Of a DNA stretch of 35,476 bases, positions 15,984-26,323 are shown piece after piece (position 1 is the stretch's first letter; every line of letters starts with the position of its first letter). The stretch is from positions 1-35,476 of the forward strand of contig JBGQBE010000031.1 of the NCBI GenBank assembly GCA_041494685.1, in the 5' to 3' direction. Position numbers and translations under genes: made by a program. Origin of the DNA: Dehalococcoidia bacterium (GTDB lineage: Bacteria; Chloroflexota; Dehalococcoidia; DSTF01; JACRBR01). Below the pieces are notes generated by a model that was given only the letters and a program-made list of their open reading frames with translations, had not been told where the DNA came from and did no database searches.

Positions 15984-18674
15984 ATGCCCGCCGCCGCGAA
16001 GCAGCTCTATGCCGAGGTCGCGGTCAACTCCACGTTCCCGCACCGCCAGACCTTCAGCTACGCCGTGCCCGAGGGAATGCCGGCGCGCGCGGGTTCCGCG
16101 GCGTACGTGCCGTTCGGGCGGCTGACGCTGCAGGGCATCGTGCTGGAAGTCCACGCCACCCCCGTCTTCGCCGAGCCGGAGAAGATCCGCTCGGTGCGCT
16201 CGCTGATCGGCGAGCGGCCGCTGCTGGACCCGGAGCGCGTGGCGCTGGCGCACTGGATCGCGCACGAGTACATCGCGCCGATCTTCGACGCGGCGGCGCT
16301 CATGCTGCCGCCGGGCTTCGAGCGCCGGCCGCTGACGATCGTCCACCCGCTGGTGGACCGCGACGAGATCCCCGGCCTTGATCTGTCCCCGCGGCAGCGG
16401 CAGGCGTTCGAGGCGTTGTTCGCGGACGGCGCGCGCGATATGGACGCGGTGAAGGAGCGGCTGGCGTTCTCGGGCGCGGAGGCGGTGCTCGCGCAGCTGG
16501 AGAAGCGCGGGCTGCTGGTGCGCGAGTACACGCTGGCGCGCCCGCGCATCGGCGCGCGCACCGTCGCGGTGGCAGCGCTGGCGGTCGACGCGGACGAGGC
16601 CCACCTCCGCATCGACCAAGCGGAGGCACCGAAGCGGTCGCGGCGCGGAGACGTGCTGCGGCGGCTGCTGGAGAGGCGCCGCATCTCCGACGAGGAGGCG
16701 ATCCGCCTCGCCGGCAGCCGCGCCAACCTCGAGCGCCTGGTGCGCTCGCTCACCGTGCGGTCCGACCGCGAGGCGCACAGCGTCGAGCTGGCGCTGTCGC
16801 GCCCCGAGGCGGAGGAGGAGCTGCGGCGGTTGACGCAGACGAAGCGCGCGGCGCAAGCGCACGCCGCCATCGCCACGATCGCGGCCGAAGGCGAGCGCAC
16901 GCTGCCGGAGTTGCGCGCGGCGGGCATCGACACCGCCACGGCGGCGTGGCTGGCCGACATCGGCGTCGCGACGCTCGGTGAGCGGGCGGTCGAGCGGCAT
17001 CCGCTGGCGCACATGCCGGACGTGACGCGCCAGCCGCCCGCGGCGCTGCTGCCGGCGCAGGAGGCCGCCGCCGGCGCGATCTGCGCGGCGCTGGACGCGC
17101 GCCACCACGAGACGTTCCTGCTGCACGGCGTCACCGGCAGTGGCAAGACGGAGGTCTACCTGCACGCGCTGGACCGCTGCATCGCGCAGGGGCGGCGGGC
17201 GATCGTGATGGTGCCGGAGATCGCGCTGACGCCGCAGACGGTGCGGCGCTTCCGCGAACGCATCGACCGCGTGGCGGTGCTGCACAGCGGCCTCAGCAAC
17301 GGCGAGATGTTCGACCAGTGGCACGGCATCGCCGACGGCCGCTACGACGTGGTGGTCGGCTCGCGCTCGGCAATCTTCGCGCCGCAGCCGGACCTGGGGC
17401 TGATCGTCATCGACGAGGAGCACGAATGGACGTACAAGCAGCACGACGCGCAGCCGCGCTACGAAGCGCGCGCGTGCGCGGTCGAGCTGGCGCGTCTGAA
17501 AGGCGCCGCGGTGGTGCTGGGCAGCGCGACGCCTGACGTCGTCTCGTACGAGCGGGCGGAACGCGGTGCGTACGCCTTGCTCTCGCTGCCGGAGCGCGTG
17601 CGCCCCGTCGCGGACGGCGACGGCGTGATGCGGCCGCAGGCGACGGCGGCGATGCCGCAGGTTTCGGTGGTGGATCTGCGCGACGAGCTGCACGCGGGCA
17701 ACCGCGGCATGTTCAGCCGCGAGCTGCACGCCGCGATCGACGGGGCGCTGGGGCGCGACGAGCAGGTGATCCTGTTCCTCAACCGTCGCGGGTTGGCGGG
17801 GCACGTGCAGTGCCGCGACTGCGGCTTCGTGCCGCAGTGCAGCAGCTGCTATGTGGCGCTGACGTTCCACCGCCAGTACGACCGGCTCGTCTGCCACCAG
17901 TGCAACCGCCACTGGCGCCTGCCGGCGACGTGCCGCCAGTGCGGCAGCCCGCGTATCCGGCTGCTGGGCGTCGGCGTCGAGAAGGTGGAGGCGGAGGCGG
18001 CGCGGGCGTTCCCGCACGCGCGGCTGCTGCGCTGGGACCGCGACGTGACGCGCGGCCGCCACGCGCACGAGCAGATCCTCGGCGCGTTCCTGCGGCGCGA
18101 GGCGGACATCCTCATCGGCACGCAGATGCTAGCGAAAGGGCTCGACCTGCCGGCGGTGACGGTGGTAGGAGTCGTGAACGCGGACGTGTCGCTGCACCTG
18201 CCGGACTTCCGCACGGGCGAGCGCACGTTCCAGCTGCTGACGCAGGTGGCGGGGCGCGCGGGCCGCGGCGAGCGCGCGGGCCGCGTGATCATCCAGACGT
18301 ACACGCCGGACCACTACGCCATCGACGCGGCGTCACGCTACGACTACGAGGGATTCGCGGCGGCGGAGTTGGAGAGCCGGCGACGGCTCGGCTATCCGCC
18401 GTACGGGCGGCTGGTGCGGATGAGCATGAGCCACGCGAACCCGCGGTTCGCGCGGGAGGACGCGCTGCGCGTGCAGCGAGCGCTGGCGCACCGCCGCGCG
18501 GAGATCGGCAGCGACACGGAGATCATCGGGCCGTCGCCGGCGTACGTGCCGCGGGTGCGCGGCCGCTGGCGCTGGCAGCTGCTGCTGCGCGGCCGCGAGC
18601 CGGCGGAGTTGGTGCGGGACTTCGTCCTGCCGCCGCACTGGGGGATCGACGTGGACCCGGTGAGTTTGCTGTAG
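15984..18674 (+). CDS. priA: Primosomal protein N' (replication restart helicase)
   Basis: GVTGSGKT, VPEIALTPQ, DEEH, GSATP, LNRRG, four CxxC pairs, GTQMLAKGLD, QVAGRAGR, YPPY. Start uncertain (15972 or 15984). Confidence 0.97.
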   Translation: MPAAAKQLYAEVAVNSTFPHRQTFSYAVPEGMPARAGSAAYVPFGRLTLQGIVLEVHATPVFAEPEKIRSVRSLIGERPLLDPERVALAHWIAHEYIAPIFDAAALMLPPGFERRPLTIVHPLVDRDEIPGLDLSPRQRQAFEALFADGARDMDAVKERLAFSGAEAVLAQLEKRGLLVREYTLARPRIGARTVAVAALAVDADEAHLRIDQAEAPKRSRRGDVLRRLLERRRISDEEAIRLAGSRANLERLVRSLTVRSDREAHSVELALSRPEAEEELRRLTQTKRAAQAHAAIATIAAEGERTLPELRAAGIDTATAAWLADIGVATLGERAVERHPLAHMPDVTRQPPAALLPAQEAAAGAICAALDARHHETFLLHGVTGSGKTEVYLHALDRCIAQGRRAIVMVPEIALTPQTVRRFRERIDRVAVLHSGLSNGEMFDQWHGIADGRYDVVVGSRSAIFAPQPDLGLIVIDEEHEWTYKQHDAQPRYEARACAVELARLKGAAVVLGSATPDVVSYERAERGAYALLSLPERVRPVADGDGVMRPQATAAMPQVSVVDLRDELHAGNRGMFSRELHAAIDGALGRDEQVILFLNRRGLAGHVQCRDCGFVPQCSSCYVALTFHRQYDRLVCHQCNRHWRLPATCRQCGSPRIRLLGVGVEKVEAEAARAFPHARLLRWDRDVTRGRHAHEQILGAFLRREADILIGTQMLAKGLDLPAVTVVGVVNADVSLHLPDFRTGERTFQLLTQVAGRAGRGERAGRVIIQTYTPDHYAIDAASRYDYEGFAAAELESRRRLGYPPYGRLVRMSMSHANPRFAREDALRVQRALAHRRAEIGSDTEIIGPSPAYVPRVRGRWRWQLLLRGREPAELVRDFVLPPHWGIDVDPVSLL

Positions 18675-18697
18675 GGCCACGCCGGCCGCGCTTCGCG

Positions 18698-19102
18698 CTA
18701 CAGCTTCTCGAGCACGCGGCGGAGGCGATCGTCCACCTGGGCGGCGATCTCGGCGAGGGCGGGGTTCGCGGTGGCCTCGAGGATCGACTGCGGGTTGATG
18801 ACGCCGACGTGGACGGCGCCGCCGCGCTCGCGCACGATGACGTTGCACGGGAGCAGCAGCCCCATGTCGGGCTCCAGCTCGATCGAGCGGGCGGCGAAGT
18901 GGGGGTTACACACGCCCAGGATGATGTACGGCTCGATGTCCTTGTCGATCTTCTCCTTCAGCGTGCGCTTCACGTCGATCTCCGTCAGCACGCCGAATCC
19001 CTCTTCCTTCAGCAGGTCGCGCAGGCGCGCGATCGTATCGTCGTAGCCGCTGCTCGAAGTGCGGGTGATGCCGTAGGCGTGTGTCGTCAGTGTCGCGGTC
19101 AT
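18698..19102 (-). CDS. DUF302 domain protein
   Basis: GFGVLTEIDV, YIILGVCNP, GLLLPCNVIV; SD AAGGAGG. Confidence 0.9.
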   Translation of the reverse strand: MTATLTTHAYGITRTSSSGYDDTIARLRDLLKEEGFGVLTEIDVKRTLKEKIDKDIEPYIILGVCNPHFAARSIELEPDMGLLLPCNVIVRERGGAVHVGVINPQSILEATANPALAEIAAQVDDRLRRVLEKL

Positions 19103-19177
19103 GCTGTGCCTCCTTGGCCTGATGATCGAATCTAGCACGGGCCGGGTCTCGACCGCACCGGCCATGCGGCCCGAGTG

Positions 19178-20095
19178 TTACTCCGCGCGCAGGGCGGCGA
19201 GGGCGCGCTCGAAGTCGGGCGGGAGGGGCGCTTCCAACTCCATCGTGGCACCGGTGATCGGGTGGGCGAAGGCGATGCGCCAGGCGTGCAGCATGTGGCG
19301 CGCGGCCAGCGGCGACGCCTTGCCGTAGAAGCGGTCGCCCAGGATCGGGTGGCCGATGGCGGCCAGGTGGACGCGGATCTGGTGCGTGCGGCCGGTCTTC
19401 GGCCGCGCCTCCAGCAGCGACGCGCCGCGGAAGCGCTCGACGACGCGGTAGCCGGTGACGGACGCGCGCCCGTCCTGCACGATCGCCATGCGCTGCCGGT
19501 TGCGCGGGTCGCGCGCGATCGGCGCGTCGATCACGCCCTCCGGCGGCTTCGGCGTGCCCTCGACGATCGCCAGGTAGGTCTTCTCGACCGTGCGCTCCTT
19601 GAGCTGCCGCGCCAGCGACTGGTGCGCGGCGTCGTTCTTGGCGACGAGGATCACGCCCGACGTGTCGCGGTCGAGGCGGTGGACGATGCCCGGGCGCAGC
19701 ACGCCGCCGATGCCGGAGAGGTCGCTGCAGTGCGCGAGGATCGCGTTCACAAGCGTGGCGGTGGTGTGGCCCGGCGAGGGGTGCACGGTCATGCCGGCGG
19801 GCTTGTCGATGACCAGCAGGTCGGCGTCCTCGTACAGCACGGTCAGCGCGATCTCCTCCGGCTGCGCGACGCCCTCTTCCGGCGGCGGCACCTCGACGCT
19901 GACGCGCTGCCCCGCCTCCAGCCGCAGCGACGCCTTGGCGCTGTGGCCGGCGACGACGACGTGCCCGTCGTCGATCAGCCGCTGGACGCGCGAACGCGTG
20001 AGCGGCGGCAGCCGCCGCGCGACGAAGACGTCGAGCCGCTCGCCGGCGGTCTCGGCGACGAGATCAGTCTTCGTGTGGTGCGCTCGTTTCGGCAC
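19178..20095 (-). CDS. rluD: RluA/RluD-family pseudouridine synthase with S4 domain
   Basis: GERLDVF S4 domain, DKPAG, RPGIVHRLDRDTSG, GRTHQIRVH, LHA. Start GTG approximate. Confidence 0.9.
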   Translation of the reverse strand: MPKRAHHTKTDLVAETAGERLDVFVARRLPPLTRSRVQRLIDDGHVVVAGHSAKASLRLEAGQRVSVEVPPPEEGVAQPEEIALTVLYEDADLLVIDKPAGMTVHPSPGHTTATLVNAILAHCSDLSGIGGVLRPGIVHRLDRDTSGVILVAKNDAAHQSLARQLKERTVEKTYLAIVEGTPKPPEGVIDAPIARDPRNRQRMAIVQDGRASVTGYRVVERFRGASLLEARPKTGRTHQIRVHLAAIGHPILGDRFYGKASPLAARHMLHAWRIAFAHPITGATMELEAPLPPDFERALAALRAE

Positions 20096-20639
20096 GGGTC
20101 TGCGGGCGCTGCTGTTTCGCGGCGGCCGCCTCCTGCAACGCAAAGAAGATCAGCACCGCGGCGATGCTGACGCTGATGCTGGAGTCGGCGACGTTGAACG
20201 TCGGGAAGCGGCCGATGTCGATGAAGTCGGTCACCTCGCCGACGCGCACGCGGTCGATCAGGTTGCCGACCGCGCCGCCGAGCTGCATGCCGAGGGCAAT
20301 GCGGATCAGGCCGTGGTCCATCGGCGGGTAGACGTAGTACATGACGATCGCCACGAGCCCGAGGAGGCTGGTGACGATCAGGAACGGCGTCGCTCCCTGC
20401 AGGATGCCGAACGCGGCGCCGCTGTTGACGACGTGGATGATCCGCGCCCCGAAGATCGCCTTGTCGGGCCACTGCTCGTAAAGGCGCAGGTGCTCGCGAA
20501 CCTGCCACTTGGTGAACTGGTCCAGGCCGATGACGCAGGCGGCGACCGCGAAGAACGCCAGGTCGCGGCGCCAGCGGGCGCGGAAGCGGGCGGCCAGGGA
20601 CGGTGCGGAGGTGGCTGCGACAGCTTCGGATTCGTTCAC
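20064..20639 (-). CDS. lspA: Lipoprotein signal peptidase II
   Basis: DQFTK, NSGAAFG, GGAVGNLIDR, VTDFID, FNVADS. Confidence 0.95.
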   Translation of the reverse strand: MNESEAVAATSAPSLAARFRARWRRDLAFFAVAACVIGLDQFTKWQVREHLRLYEQWPDKAIFGARIIHVVNSGAAFGILQGATPFLIVTSLLGLVAIVMYYVYPPMDHGLIRIALGMQLGGAVGNLIDRVRVGEVTDFIDIGRFPTFNVADSSISVSIAAVLIFFALQEAAAAKQQRPQTRAETSAPHED

Positions 20640-20736
20640 TGAATGCAGGATAACACGCGCCCCGACCCCGTATTCCCGATTGCGCTGTAGATGTTACAGT
20701 GGAGGTCCGACCCGTGACCGCCGAAAGGAGACCACC

Positions 20737-21339
20737 GTGGTTCAGCAGCAGCAGAGCGTCGTCACGCCCGAGCGCTACGCAAAGGGCAAGACGTACGCAG
20801 AGTACGTCGCGAGCATCGAGCGCAAGGCGCGCTTCGACGAGAACTACGCCGCGACGACGGTCTCGGCCGAGGATACGGCGGCGCTGAAGGCGCTGATGGC
20901 GAAGCCCGGCGGCCCGACGAAGATCCTGGTGATCGGCGAGGACTGGTGCCCGGACGTGTTCCGCGGCGCGCCGGTGTTCCAGCGCATCGCCGAGGCGACG
21001 GGGATGGAGTTCCGCTTCTTCGAGCGCGACCAGAACAAGGACATCATGGGCGAGTTCCTGAAGGACGGCGAGCACGAGTCGATCCCGGTGGTGGTGTTCT
21101 ACAACGACGCCATGGAGGAGCTGGGCCACTTCACGGAGCGCCCGCATCTGGCGTACGACGAGATGCGGACGCTGCTCCGGCCGATGTACGAGAAGATGCG
21201 CAAGCCGGACAAGACGCCGGAGGAGCAGGAAGCCGCGAAGCAGGCGAACATCGCGTTCCAGAACGGCCCGGTCTGGGCGAACTGGCGGCAGGAGACGATC
21301 CGCGAAGTCATCGCCATGCTGACCGCGAAGCTGGGCTGA
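20737..21339 (+). CDS. Thioredoxin-fold protein (Thioredoxin_9-like), monothiol WCPDV
   Basis: GEDWCPDV, SIPVVVF, ERP; SD AAAGGAG before GTG. Confidence 0.8.
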   Translation: MVQQQQSVVTPERYAKGKTYAEYVASIERKARFDENYAATTVSAEDTAALKALMAKPGGPTKILVIGEDWCPDVFRGAPVFQRIAEATGMEFRFFERDQNKDIMGEFLKDGEHESIPVVVFYNDAMEELGHFTERPHLAYDEMRTLLRPMYEKMRKPDKTPEEQEAAKQANIAFQNGPVWANWRQETIREVIAMLTAKLG

Positions 21340-21363
21340 CGCCCGCCACAAATCGAACACGAC

Positions 21364-21394
21364 GGAGGCACGCCCCGCGGCGTGCCTTTCCTTT
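21364..21394 (+). terminator. Rho-independent terminator
   Basis: GGAGGCACGCC-ccgc-GGCGTGCCTTT then CCTTT. Confidence 0.7.
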
Positions 21395-21532
21395 GCGCAC
21401 GGCCGGGGTGGCTGCGATCGATGCTGATGGCGCGCTCCAATCTGGCTCTCACGAGGGCATGCGCCTCTTCGCGACGGGTTCGTGCCGGATGGCACGCCGG
21501 CCCGTGGCTCCGTCACGTATGATGGAGAGGCG

Positions 21533-22675
21533 ATGACAAGTTCCTTCAAGCTCGGCCGCATCTTCGGCGTCGAGGTCGGCGTCCACTGGAGCTGGCTCTT
21601 CATCTTCGGCATCGTCACGTGGTCGTTCGCCGACGGCGTGCTCGCCAACTTCTACCCCGAGTGGTCGGAGCTCCACCTCTGGATCGGCGGCGCGTTCATC
21701 GCGGCGGTGTTCTTCTGCTCCGTGCTGGCGCACGAGATGTCGCACGCGATCGTCTCGAACCGCAACGGGCTGCCGGTGAAGAGCATCACGCTGTTCGTGT
21801 TCGGCGGCGTCGCGAACCTGACGAAGGAGCCCGACCAGCCGGGCCTGGAGTTCCGCATCGCGATCGTCGGGCCGCTGACGAGCCTGGCGCTCGGCGGCAT
21901 GTTCGCGATCCTGTGGCTGGCGCTCGGCAGCGTCAACGAAGGCGTCTCCGGCATCTGCGCCGAACTGGCGCTGATCAACACGTCGCTGGCGATCTTCAAC
22001 ATGCTGCCCGGCTTCCCGCTCGACGGCGGGCGCGTCTTCCGCTCCGCCGTCTGGAAGCGCAACCACGACCGTCTGCGCGCCACGCGCACGGCGTCACGCG
22101 TGGGCGAGGGCATCGCGTACGGGCTGATGGCGCTCGGTCTGGCGCTGACGCTGGTCAACGCGTTCAGCGGCATCTGGCTGCTGCTCATCGGCTTCTTCCT
22201 GCGCAACGCCTCGGCCGGCAGCTACGAGCAGCTCGCCGTGGAGACGGCGATCGGCGGCGCTACCGCGGCCGACGTGATGAGCACGGTGTTCGAGCGCGTG
22301 CCGCCCGACATGAGCGTCGACGAGCTGGTGCAGGAGCACATGCTGCAGCACCACGCGCGCTGCTACGCCGTGATGGCCGCGGGCGACTTCGCGGGGCTGG
22401 TGACACTGGCGGACGTGCGCAAGATCCCACGCGAGCTGTGGCCAACGACGAGCGTGTACCGGGCGATGACGCCGGCGAACGCGCTGAAGGTCGTGTGGCC
22501 GGCGGAGACGCTGCCGAACGTGCTGCGCATCATAGCGACGAGCAACGTGAACCAGCTGCCGGTAATCCAGGGGCGGGAGCTGGTCGGCATGATCAGCCGC
22601 GCCGACGTGGTGGAGTACATCCAGCTGCGCCGCAGCCTCGATAGCAGCGTGCCTGCGCCGCCGGCCGCGCCGTAG
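21533..22675 (+). CDS. Site-2 protease (M50) with tandem CBS domains
   Basis: HEMSH, FGGVA, AIVGP, FNMLPGFPLDGGR; C-terminal CBS pair. Confidence 0.93.
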   Translation: MTSSFKLGRIFGVEVGVHWSWLFIFGIVTWSFADGVLANFYPEWSELHLWIGGAFIAAVFFCSVLAHEMSHAIVSNRNGLPVKSITLFVFGGVANLTKEPDQPGLEFRIAIVGPLTSLALGGMFAILWLALGSVNEGVSGICAELALINTSLAIFNMLPGFPLDGGRVFRSAVWKRNHDRLRATRTASRVGEGIAYGLMALGLALTLVNAFSGIWLLLIGFFLRNASAGSYEQLAVETAIGGATAADVMSTVFERVPPDMSVDELVQEHMLQHHARCYAVMAAGDFAGLVTLADVRKIPRELWPTTSVYRAMTPANALKVVWPAETLPNVLRIIATSNVNQLPVIQGRELVGMISRADVVEYIQLRRSLDSSVPAPPAAP

Positions 22676-22678
22676 CCG

Positions 22679-23518
22679 CTACCCCCAGGGCGTGCGGATG
22701 CCCTCGCGCTGGAACGCTTCCAGCAGCCGCGCGCGCAGGACGCCCGCGACCTCCCATTGCTTGCCCGGCACGACGGTGCCGTTCACCTGCACCGAGACGC
22801 CGCCCATCATGTCGATGCTGTCGACGCGCAGATACTTGGGCGCAGCGAGGATCATCGCGCCGTACTCCGGATCCTCCGCGAGCGCGCGGCCGACCTCGTC
22901 CGCCACCGCGCGCACCTTCGCGAGGTCGCTCGTCGGCGTCACCGGGATCGACACGCGCACCTTCGAGAAGTCGCGCGTGAAGTTGGCTGACACCACCACG
23001 TTGCCGTTCGGCACTGTGTACAGCACGCCGTCGAGGTCGCGCACCAACGTCCGCCGCAACGACACGTCCTCGACGGTGCCGGTGACGCCGGCGAGCGTGA
23101 CGATGTCGCCCTTCGCGTACTGGTTCTCGCTGAGGATGAAGATGCCATTGATCGCGTCGCGCACGAGCGACTGCGCGCCCAGCCCGAGTGCGATACTGGT
23201 GATGCTGACGCCGGCGAGCACGGCGCGGATGTCGAACCCGAACTCCGGCAGGATCGTCAGCACCGCGAACGCGATCAGCACGATCTCCGCGGTCCGGACG
23301 ATGACGCTGCTTAGCGTCTCGACGCGCCGTTCCGTCTCCGTTTCCGGCCGCCCAGTCATCTGCCGCGCGATCGCGGGCCGCAGCGCATGCGGCACCACGC
23401 GCCGCACCAGCACCGAAGCCACGAGCACGAAGATCAGCGTGCCCAGCACGGCGGTACCGTGGTTGCGGAACCAGTCGCCGACGTCCTCGCGAGTGATGGC
23501 CAGCAGCAGTGTCATCAT
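22679..23518 (-). CDS. Small-conductance mechanosensitive channel (MscS family)
   Basis: LGLGAQSLVRDAING, GDIV, GTVEDVSLRRT, VPNG. Confidence 0.9.
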   Translation of the reverse strand: MMTLLLAITREDVGDWFRNHGTAVLGTLIFVLVASVLVRRVVPHALRPAIARQMTGRPETETERRVETLSSVIVRTAEIVLIAFAVLTILPEFGFDIRAVLAGVSITSIALGLGAQSLVRDAINGIFILSENQYAKGDIVTLAGVTGTVEDVSLRRTLVRDLDGVLYTVPNGNVVVSANFTRDFSKVRVSIPVTPTSDLAKVRAVADEVGRALAEDPEYGAMILAAPKYLRVDSIDMMGGVSVQVNGTVVPGKQWEVAGVLRARLLEAFQREGIRTPWG

Positions 23519-23622
23519 GTCGATTCGGCGGCAGTGTACGCCGCGGCGGAAGCCGCGCGCCACGCCCGGCGCTGGCGCCGGAGCCGCGCTCGGGCGAGAA
23601 TCACGTCTACAAGGAGACGCCG

Positions 23623-24180
23623 ATGCCCGACGATGAAGCCCCGCAGTACGCCCGCGTCCGCCGCAGCGACCGTGCCGTCGATGACGACGCCTGGATCGCC
23701 GCCTTCCTGCGCACAGCGCCGATGGGGCAGCTCGCGACGGTGCACGACGGCCAGCCGTTCATCAACAGCAACCTCTTCGTGTTCGACGAGGCGCAGCGCG
23801 TCATCTACATGCACACCGCCGGGGCGGGCCGCACGCGCTCGAACGTCGAGGGCGATGAACGGGTGTGCTTCAGTGCCAGCGAGATGGCGCGCCTGCTGCC
23901 GTCGCCGCGCATGTTCAACATGAGCGTCGAGTACGCGGGCGTCGTGGTGTTCGGGCGGGCGCGCACCGTGCCGGGCGACGCGGAGAAGCGCTCGGCGCTG
24001 CGGATGCTCGTGGACAAGTACTTCTCGCATCTGCGCGCCGGCGACGACTACGCCCTGCCGTCCCAGGCGGAGTTCAACGCCACGTCCGTCTACCGCATCG
24101 AGATCGAATCATGGAGCGGCAAGCGGAAGCAGGTCGAGGAAGACTTCCCGGGCGCGTTCGGGTACGCGCCGCAAGCGTAA
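23623..24180 (+). CDS. Pyridoxamine 5'-phosphate oxidase-like / NimA-like flavin-binding protein
   Basis: RRSDR, DGQPF, IYMHTAGAGR, EYAGVVVFG, WSGK; SD AAGGAG. Confidence 0.85.
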   Translation: MPDDEAPQYARVRRSDRAVDDDAWIAAFLRTAPMGQLATVHDGQPFINSNLFVFDEAQRVIYMHTAGAGRTRSNVEGDERVCFSASEMARLLPSPRMFNMSVEYAGVVVFGRARTVPGDAEKRSALRMLVDKYFSHLRAGDDYALPSQAEFNATSVYRIEIESWSGKRKQVEEDFPGAFGYAPQA

Positions 24181-24224
24181 GGCCGCTCCGACTTGCGACG
24201 CTCGCGCACCACCCGCAAGACTGT

Positions 24225-24815
24225 ATGGACGCACGCCAGACCGTAGCCGTGAAGGGCGAACCCTTGAGCGCAGCATCCGTCATCTCCGTCAACTCCAAGG
24301 ACACGCCCGGCGTCGGGAAGATCCCGCGCGAGAGCGTGCGGCTCGTCGCGAACTACGGCGTCGAGGGCGACTACCACGCCGGGGCGAACGTGCGGCACCG
24401 CTCGCGCGCGGCGAAGGATCCGGACCAGCCAAATCTCCGCCAGGTGCACCTGGTGCACAGCGAGCTGTTCGACGAGATGGCGGCGCTCGGCATCAGCGTG
24501 GCGCCGGGGGAGATGGGGGAGAACATCACGACGCGCGGGCTGGCGCTGCTGGACCTGGCGCCAGGCGCGCGGCTCCACATCGGCGAAAGCGCGGTGGTGG
24601 AGATCACGGGCTGCCGCAACCCCTGCGCGCAGCTCAACGGCGTCGACGAGCGGCTGCTGTCGCAGGTGGCGCTCAAGGCGGACGACGGCAGCATCGTCCG
24701 CAAGGCCGGCATCATGGGCATCGTGCTGGAGGGCGGCACCGTCCGCCCCGGCGACACGATCCGCGTCGAAGCGCCTGCGGGCGTGGCCACGAGCGTGCGG
24801 CTGGAGCCGGTGTAG
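24225..24815 (+). CDS. MOSC domain protein
   Basis: GVEGDYHAG, NLRQVHL, GENITTRG, CRNPC, GTVRPGD. Start uncertain. Confidence 0.88.
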   Translation: MDARQTVAVKGEPLSAASVISVNSKDTPGVGKIPRESVRLVANYGVEGDYHAGANVRHRSRAAKDPDQPNLRQVHLVHSELFDEMAALGISVAPGEMGENITTRGLALLDLAPGARLHIGESAVVEITGCRNPCAQLNGVDERLLSQVALKADDGSIVRKAGIMGIVLEGGTVRPGDTIRVEAPAGVATSVRLEPV

Positions 24816-24844
24816 CCGGCGGGCGACGCTGATGCATCAGGCGA

Positions 24845-24862
24845 CGCGGGCTGAAGCCCGCG
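24845..24862. repeat. REP-like palindrome
   Basis: CGCGGGCT-GA-AGCCCGCG between convergent genes; single copy in the window. Confidence 0.4.
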
Positions 24863-24924
24863 CCGCGAGGAGGAATTGTTCCTCCCTGATACGGCTACCC
24901 AACTACTAACTACCGATTCCGGAC

Positions 24925-26121
24925 CTACTCAAACTCCCAGACGCCGCCGGCTTTGAACGTGCGCAGGACGCGGCGCGCGACGACCATGCGGTGCACTTCG
25001 TCCGGGCCGTCGTAGATGCGGGCGGCGCGGGCGTTGCGGTACATGCCCTCCAGCGGCGTATCGCCGGAGACGCCGCGAGCGCCGTGCACCTGGATTGCCC
25101 GGTCGATGACGTCGTGCAGCACCTTCGCGCCGAAGAACTTGATCGTCGAGATCTCGACACGCGCCTCGTCGTCCTGGTCGATCTTGCTGGCGGCGTGCAT
25201 CGTCAGCAGGCGGCACGCCTGGATCTCGGCGGCGGAGTCGGCGATCCAGTTCTGCACCGTCTGCTTGTTCGCCAGCGGCTCGCCGCCCACTTCGCGCTTC
25301 AGCGCGTAGTCGCACATGATCTCGAACGCGCGCTGCATCTGGCCGAGCCAGCGCATGCAGTGGTGGATGCGCCCCGGCCCCAGCCGCTTCTGCGCGATGC
25401 GGAAGCCGTCGCCGACCTCGCCGAGCACGTTCGTGACCGGCACGCGCACGCCCTCGTAGCGGATCTCGCAGTGCGCGCCCTCCGTCTCGCCCATCACGGG
25501 CACGGGGCGGATGATCTCGAAGCCGGGCGTGTCCGTGGGCACGATGATCTGGCTCATACGGCGGTGCCGGTCGCCATCCGGGTCGGTGACGCACATGACG
25601 ATGGCGAAGCTCGCGCCGATCGCGCCGCTGGTGAACCACTTGTGGCCGTCGATCACCCATTCGTCGCCGTCGCGCACGGCGCGCGTGCGCAGCCCCGTCG
25701 GGTCCGCGCCCGAGACCTCGGGCTCCGTCATGCTGAAGCAGGAGCGGATCTCGGCGTTCACCAGGGGCTTCAGGTAGCGATCCTTCTGCTCCGGCGTGCC
25801 GAACTGGAGCAGTATCTCGGCGTTACCGGTGTCGGGCGCCTGCGATCCGAAGGCGCGGGGCGCGTACGGGCTGCGGCCGAGGATCTCGTTGATAAAGGCG
25901 TACGGCAGGAAGCCAGTGCCCGTGCCGCCGGCCTCGGGGCCGATGAACGGCGCCCACATCCCCATCGCCTTGACGCGGGCCTGCAGGTCCTTCATCAGCG
26001 CCTCCGCCTCGGCGTCGTGCTGCGCGAGCACCGGCTCGGCCGGGATGACCTGCTCATCGACGAACGCTTTAACCTTGCGTCGCAGCTCTTTGATCTCGGG
26101 CGAAAGCGTGAAGCTGATCAT
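24925..26121 (-). CDS. Acyl-CoA dehydrogenase (ACAD10/11-like)
   Basis: APDTGN, FSMTEP, GHKWFTSG, RLGPGRIHHCMR, QVHGARG, RIYDGPDEVH. Confidence 0.95.
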   Translation of the reverse strand: MISFTLSPEIKELRRKVKAFVDEQVIPAEPVLAQHDAEAEALMKDLQARVKAMGMWAPFIGPEAGGTGTGFLPYAFINEILGRSPYAPRAFGSQAPDTGNAEILLQFGTPEQKDRYLKPLVNAEIRSCFSMTEPEVSGADPTGLRTRAVRDGDEWVIDGHKWFTSGAIGASFAIVMCVTDPDGDRHRRMSQIIVPTDTPGFEIIRPVPVMGETEGAHCEIRYEGVRVPVTNVLGEVGDGFRIAQKRLGPGRIHHCMRWLGQMQRAFEIMCDYALKREVGGEPLANKQTVQNWIADSAAEIQACRLLTMHAASKIDQDDEARVEISTIKFFGAKVLHDVIDRAIQVHGARGVSGDTPLEGMYRNARAARIYDGPDEVHRMVVARRVLRTFKAGGVWEFE

Positions 26122-26323
26122 GTCGGCACCTCGGGCTGGAACTGGAGATTAGAGATCGGAGGCTGGACTCTGCCGGGCACAGTGTCCCGCGTCCGCGTGC
26201 GAGCGTCCAGCGGCCGGGTGGACCCGGCCGGTAAGGGAAAAACGCCCACCCTCCGTGCCCACGAACCGCGTGGCACAGCCGTCCCCGGCTGTGGCGTCCG
26301 GCGAAGCCGGACCAGCGAGCCAC

